Assembly (NCBI GenBank): GCA_050613775.1
Contig: JBODTK010000160.1
Coordinates: 124,001 to 188,000, forward strand
Length of the DNA: 64,000 nt
Direction of reading: 5' to 3'
Source: Neocallimastix sp. 'constans'
Lineage: Eukaryota
Part shown: positions 58,873 through 64,000 of the stretch, piece after piece
How positions within the stretch are numbered: position 1 is the stretch's first letter
Layout of the letters: every line of letters starts with the position of its first letter
The notes under the pieces: model-generated
The model's input: only the letters and a program-made list of their open reading frames with translations
Told to the model about the DNA's origin: nothing
Database searches by the model: none
Translations under genes and position numbers: made by a program

Positions 58873-59816
58873 TTATTTTGACAATAATGACAATATAGTA
58901 ATATGATATATTATTATTTCATTATAACAATTCAAAAAAAAAAAAAAAAATAAAACTATTAAAAAATTATATATACAGTAGTACTTAATTTTGATATATA
59001 ATGTTATTCATCACTAAACAAAATATTCGTTAATATTACAATAAATTACATTATAATTAGTATAAAAAAAAAAGTAATAATAAAAAAAAAAAAATTCACT
59101 TAAAACAATATATATCATAATATAAAATTATTTTGCACATCATTTTTTATATATCCTAATGTAGACATCAATTAACATTATATATATTTCATAAATATAT
59201 AATATATATATATTTAATATATTATAATACATAATTTAAACCCAAAACGTTCACCATTTCAATATTTAAATATATTGTATTTTAATTTTTTTGTTTTAAT
59301 AATTTTATACCAAAAAAAAAAAAAAAAAAAAAAAATTAAATAAAAGTAATACTATTAAAAAAAATTAAATACAAATGATGATAGTTGTTTTTATAAATGT
59401 ATATTTTAAAAATTAGTTTATTATTATACCTAGTATTATTTAATTAAATTTGCTTCCTATATACATATATAAATATATTTTTTTTTTTCTATGAAATAAA
59501 CTAAATATTTAAAGAAAAAAAAACATTTATTTCAATACTTTTTTAGAAAAAATTTCTTCTTTTATTTTATTTTATTTTTTATTCTTTTTAACAAAATTTT
59601 AATGAAACTTTCTTAAAATTTTGTTGATAATAATTAATAAATTTATTCCCTATGTATGATTATTTATTATATTTATTGATATTTGAATAATTAGAAATTT
59701 TGATTTTTACCCTGTAATAGAGTTATCAATAGTTATCTTTATTTTACTTTTACAAATAAAATTAGTAACAAATGTATACATTTTTTATATATTTATATTG
59801 AACTCCTAAATTTGTG

Positions 59817-59847
<31 letters not shown>

Positions 59848-60836
59848 AAATATTGAGATAAGAAATCTATTGATATTTTAAGATTATCATGAATTCTTAT
59901 CTTTTTTTTTTTCAATTATAAAAGGTCTTCATTTTCATGATTTATAACTATAATCTAAATTATAAAAAATATTTGTATTGAAATCCTATTAATCATATGA
60001 ATAATTTGAATTATTATATGTCTGATATAAATGACTTTTTTTTTTTTTTTTTTTTTTTTTGGAAATTTTATGAAAAAAAAAAAAAAAAATGAATTTGACA
60101 ATTATTTTAAATTTTTTTTTTTTTTTTGAAAATTAGTTCATATATTTTTAATATTCTATATACCACTCCACATACTATAAAAAATTTAATGAAATATAAT
60201 AAAGTATATACATAAATATATGTATATAAAATGATTTATATTTATTTATATTTGTATTAAAAATTAAGATAATTTTTATAATTATTAATGAAGCAAAATT
60301 GTAATAAAATTTTAAAATATAGAACTCAAAATATTCATTTTAAATCGAAAAGAAAAAAAGTATTACGTATTATAAAAATGTTTAAATACAAAAATTTTAT
60401 TAATTATTCAATAGTTTAATAAAATATTTTCTTCAAGCCTTGAACTATATCAATAAAATTCTATCGTTTTTATAATTGAAATTTTAATATATTACATTAA
60501 TACAAACTTTTAATTGAAAAACTTGAAAGAATAAACGGAATATCATAAATATGAAACAATTTTTATAATTAATTTTTAAGTTCTTTTAACTTTGGAAAGC
60601 ATTACTTTTTATCTTGATCTGTGTAAGCATTAATATTATTTTTTATTTATTTTCATTCAAGAGAAATAAATCCAATTGATTTAGTTAATATTTTATAAAT
60701 TATTCCATGTTGACAAACATCATAAAACAACTAATAAGGGTTGTTTTTAACCACTGCTAAATTTTTATTTCCCATAATTGCCTTTTCATATTGGCCGTAA
60801 TCATCATCTTCATTTAAATCAAATCTATAGTAGTTC

Positions 60837-60874
<38 letters not shown>

Positions 60875-61406
60875 TAAACTAATATATAAAAAAAATAAAT
60901 AGTTTTTAAATAAATAATTTTAATTAATAATATAAAAAATTATTAATTAAAATTATTAATATTTAAATATTCCTTTTTGTAATTTCTTAAACAATTTTAT
61001 CACTTCAAGAATTGGTTAAATATATTTATGAATCAGGATATAAATCATTAATTTTGATATATTCATATTCAAAACGAATTATATGTACCAACTAAAGATT
61101 CACATTTATCTATCTCTTAACAATTTAGGTTTTCTTCAAAATCATTCATACACATTTATATTTATATTATAATTAATTATTATTATTATTATTGTTGTTA
61201 TTATTAATAATAGTAGTATAAATAATAATAATAGTAGTAGTAATAGTAGTAATAGCAGTAATAATAGTAGTACTGTTAGTATTTTATAATATTATTATTA
61301 ATTTGATTAAAAAAATAAAAATAGATAAAGAAAAAAAAAATAATAAAAATTCCAAAAAAACTTTATTTTTATATAAAAATTATATTAATATTATATTTTT
61401 ATATAG

Positions 61407-61575
61407 TTACTACTCCAACAGTTATTACTGTCGGTGTGATGTGTGAGGATATATGGAATTACCAGTAAACAGTATAGAGTCGCCGCTCACAATACATTGT
61501 TAACACGTCTTTCCGGAGCTGAATTCTCCTATACATTTCTTACATAGGTCTCCATTGACCACGAAAAACGGCTTA
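61407..61575 (-). other. Isolated GC-richer island with hairpins; candidate structured RNA or transposon end
   Basis: Minus-strand stems CCGACAG/CTGTTGG, CCTATGTA/TGTATAGG and GGAG/CTCC; no ORF. Confidence 0.3.
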
Positions 61576-64000
61576 TTTTTTTTAGTTTTAATTCTATTAA
61601 TATTTATTATCAATTAATTAGTAATTTATTATATAATATTTTTTACCAATTAATTAGTATTTTATTATATAATAATTTTACCAATTAATTAGTAATTTAT
61701 TATATAATATTTATTACCAATTGATTAGTAATTTAAATAACTCTTATTACTTATTTCTATTAAAAATTTATCTAAATTATTATTAGTTAATAACGAATAT
61801 TCATTACATAAATGTATGAATTGATAATATATATAACTCTTTAAATGTAATGAACAAAGAAAATTTTAATACCTTAATAAATTTTGTATAGTTAAGTTAA
61901 GTATATTTAATATTTTTTAAAAAAGAACTAAATGATTAAAATTGCTTTTCATTCAAATACTAAGTTTCAATTTCAAATGATTAAAATCACAATTAATTCA
62001 AATACTCAGTTTCAGACCTAATAATTAAAATTGCTATTCAAATATTCAAATACTCAAATGATTTTATTTTATGTTTTGTATTATAAAAAGTAAATAAATT
62101 AAACTTTATTTTATAGAATTATTTAGATTATTTGAATAAAGAGAAATAAATTACATATAAATTTATATAATTAAAAGAAAAAATAATAAATAATAATTAT
62201 TATATTTATTTAATAATGATTTAAGTAAATAAGAAGTTCTATACTCTAATTCATATATAATATAATATAGATATTAAATTTCAAAAAAAAAAAAAAAAAA
62301 AAGATTTCTGTAAATTTTTAATGATAAGAAAAAAAATTGACCAATAAATTTTTTTTGATAACGTTTTTTATCATTTATAATTTTTATATTTAGGTGAAGA
62401 AAATATAATTAAATATTTATATAAATCTGTTATTTATTATATATAAATAGATTTGTTAATGCATTTTATTTCTAATATTATTATATATATCTATATTTTA
62501 CTACTTTTATCAATTAAATAATGAATGCCATTTGACAAAGTATAATATCATTAAAAATTTATGATATAAAGTAATAATAATTTATTATTTTATTTTTATT
62601 ATTAATGTTTTTATTGATAATTATGAAATAATAATTTTGATATAATAATGAAAAGACAATTATAAATATTATATATGTTAATTATCAATTTTTGATATAT
62701 GTATTATATACTTATTAACTTTAAATAAAAATATATAATAAGAAAAAATGTTTTAATATCTTATTTTTAATAAATAAAATATAATTTTAAAATAATTTTT
62801 TTTTTTTTTAAATATTTTTTCTCAATTGATAATTATTTCATATATATTTCATATATATGATTGAGATGTGTTTTTTAATGATTTATTTATATAAATTTTT
62901 ATTTAATAATTAAATTGAATAAATATATTTAATAACATTCTATCTTCTTAATATGTTGGTGGTTAATTTTTTTTTATTAAGAATTAATAATATTAAAAAA
63001 AATTAGTTTTTAAAATTTTAAATAAAAATATTAATTATTACCATAAAAGGAAATTTTAAATTAAAAATTTTAAATATATTTTTTTTTCATCAACAAACTA
63101 TCATACGTTTGAACAATAACTTTATTTACTTAACCTTTATATTGTTTTATATATATATAAAAATAATAAACCTGTTCATAATAAAATTATTATTCTTCTG
63201 AATATTATATATTAATTTTATTGTATTTAAAATTTATGTTATAAATACAAGTATATATTATATCTTACATTCAGCGATAAGACATATAGAATTGATAAAT
63301 ACTTATATATAACTTTATATTATTAAATATATAATATTTATTTTATTTTAATAATTATGTTGTAATTAATTATTTTGAATTAAATTTTTAATTTTGTTGT
63401 TTCTATCAAATGTAATATATTTAAATTTATTATTATTACAAATATATTAATAGGTTTTATTATATATATATATAAGCTATTATATAAAGAAATAAAAATA
63501 TAAGTATATATTTTCTTATTTAATATAAACTCCAAAATTTAAAAATAGCAATTATCTAATTATTAATTTTATACTTTACAATTATTAAATTTAGAAAGGT
63601 GAAATTTTTCAATTATAAAAATATCTTATTAATAATTATATATTCATATTAATGTTAATATTTTTTAATCATATTAATATAATAACATAAATGGTAAATA
63701 TAATCTTATATTGAATGCTTTTAAAATTTTTTTTAACTTTCCTTTATTTTTTTATTTTTTATTTTTTATTTTTTTTATATTTAATTTAATATATTTTCTT
63801 TCATACCTTTTAAGAGTATTCATTTCATTATTTTATAACTTTATTTTTTTTTCTGGATTTCTTTATTTCACAAATAAATAATATTAATTATGAATAAATG
63901 AATGAATATTTCATAAATTAATTTATATGAATAGTATTAAAATATTATTTATAAAAATTAGTTATAAATAAATATATATTCATTACTTTAATGAAATAAT

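Overview
Extremely AT-rich eukaryotic DNA with GT-AG introns, long (ATT)n and poly-A/T tracts. The gene content suggests an anaerobic gut fungus (Neocallimastigomycota); this is inference. Host genes: a spliced HTH-like gene running off the left edge (with a 5-nt microexon), a multi-exon pectin-lyase-like/EGF/7TM receptor, an intronless M36 fungalysin, an intronless DUF998-like membrane protein (horizontal-transfer candidate), adenosylhomocysteinase, and a MYCBP/FAP174-like gene. The most informative region is 10.4-19.7 kb. A decayed Ty1/copia element (A) has a primer-binding site matching an internal fragment of tRNA-Lys(CUU). Its 3' LTR is split by a younger ~2.9 kb non-autonomous LTR element (B) whose only ORF encodes a retropepsin-like domain lacking the catalytic motif. 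A later ~1.6 kb inversion scrambled both elements; reversing it restores both LTR pairs, both target-site duplications and both ORF junctions. Also present: LINE copies nested in their own family with a hyper-conserved 3' segment, a MULE remnant, and a short poly(A) retroposon inserted at a TTAGGG-containing site. All family assignments come from motif recognition by eye; no searches were run.
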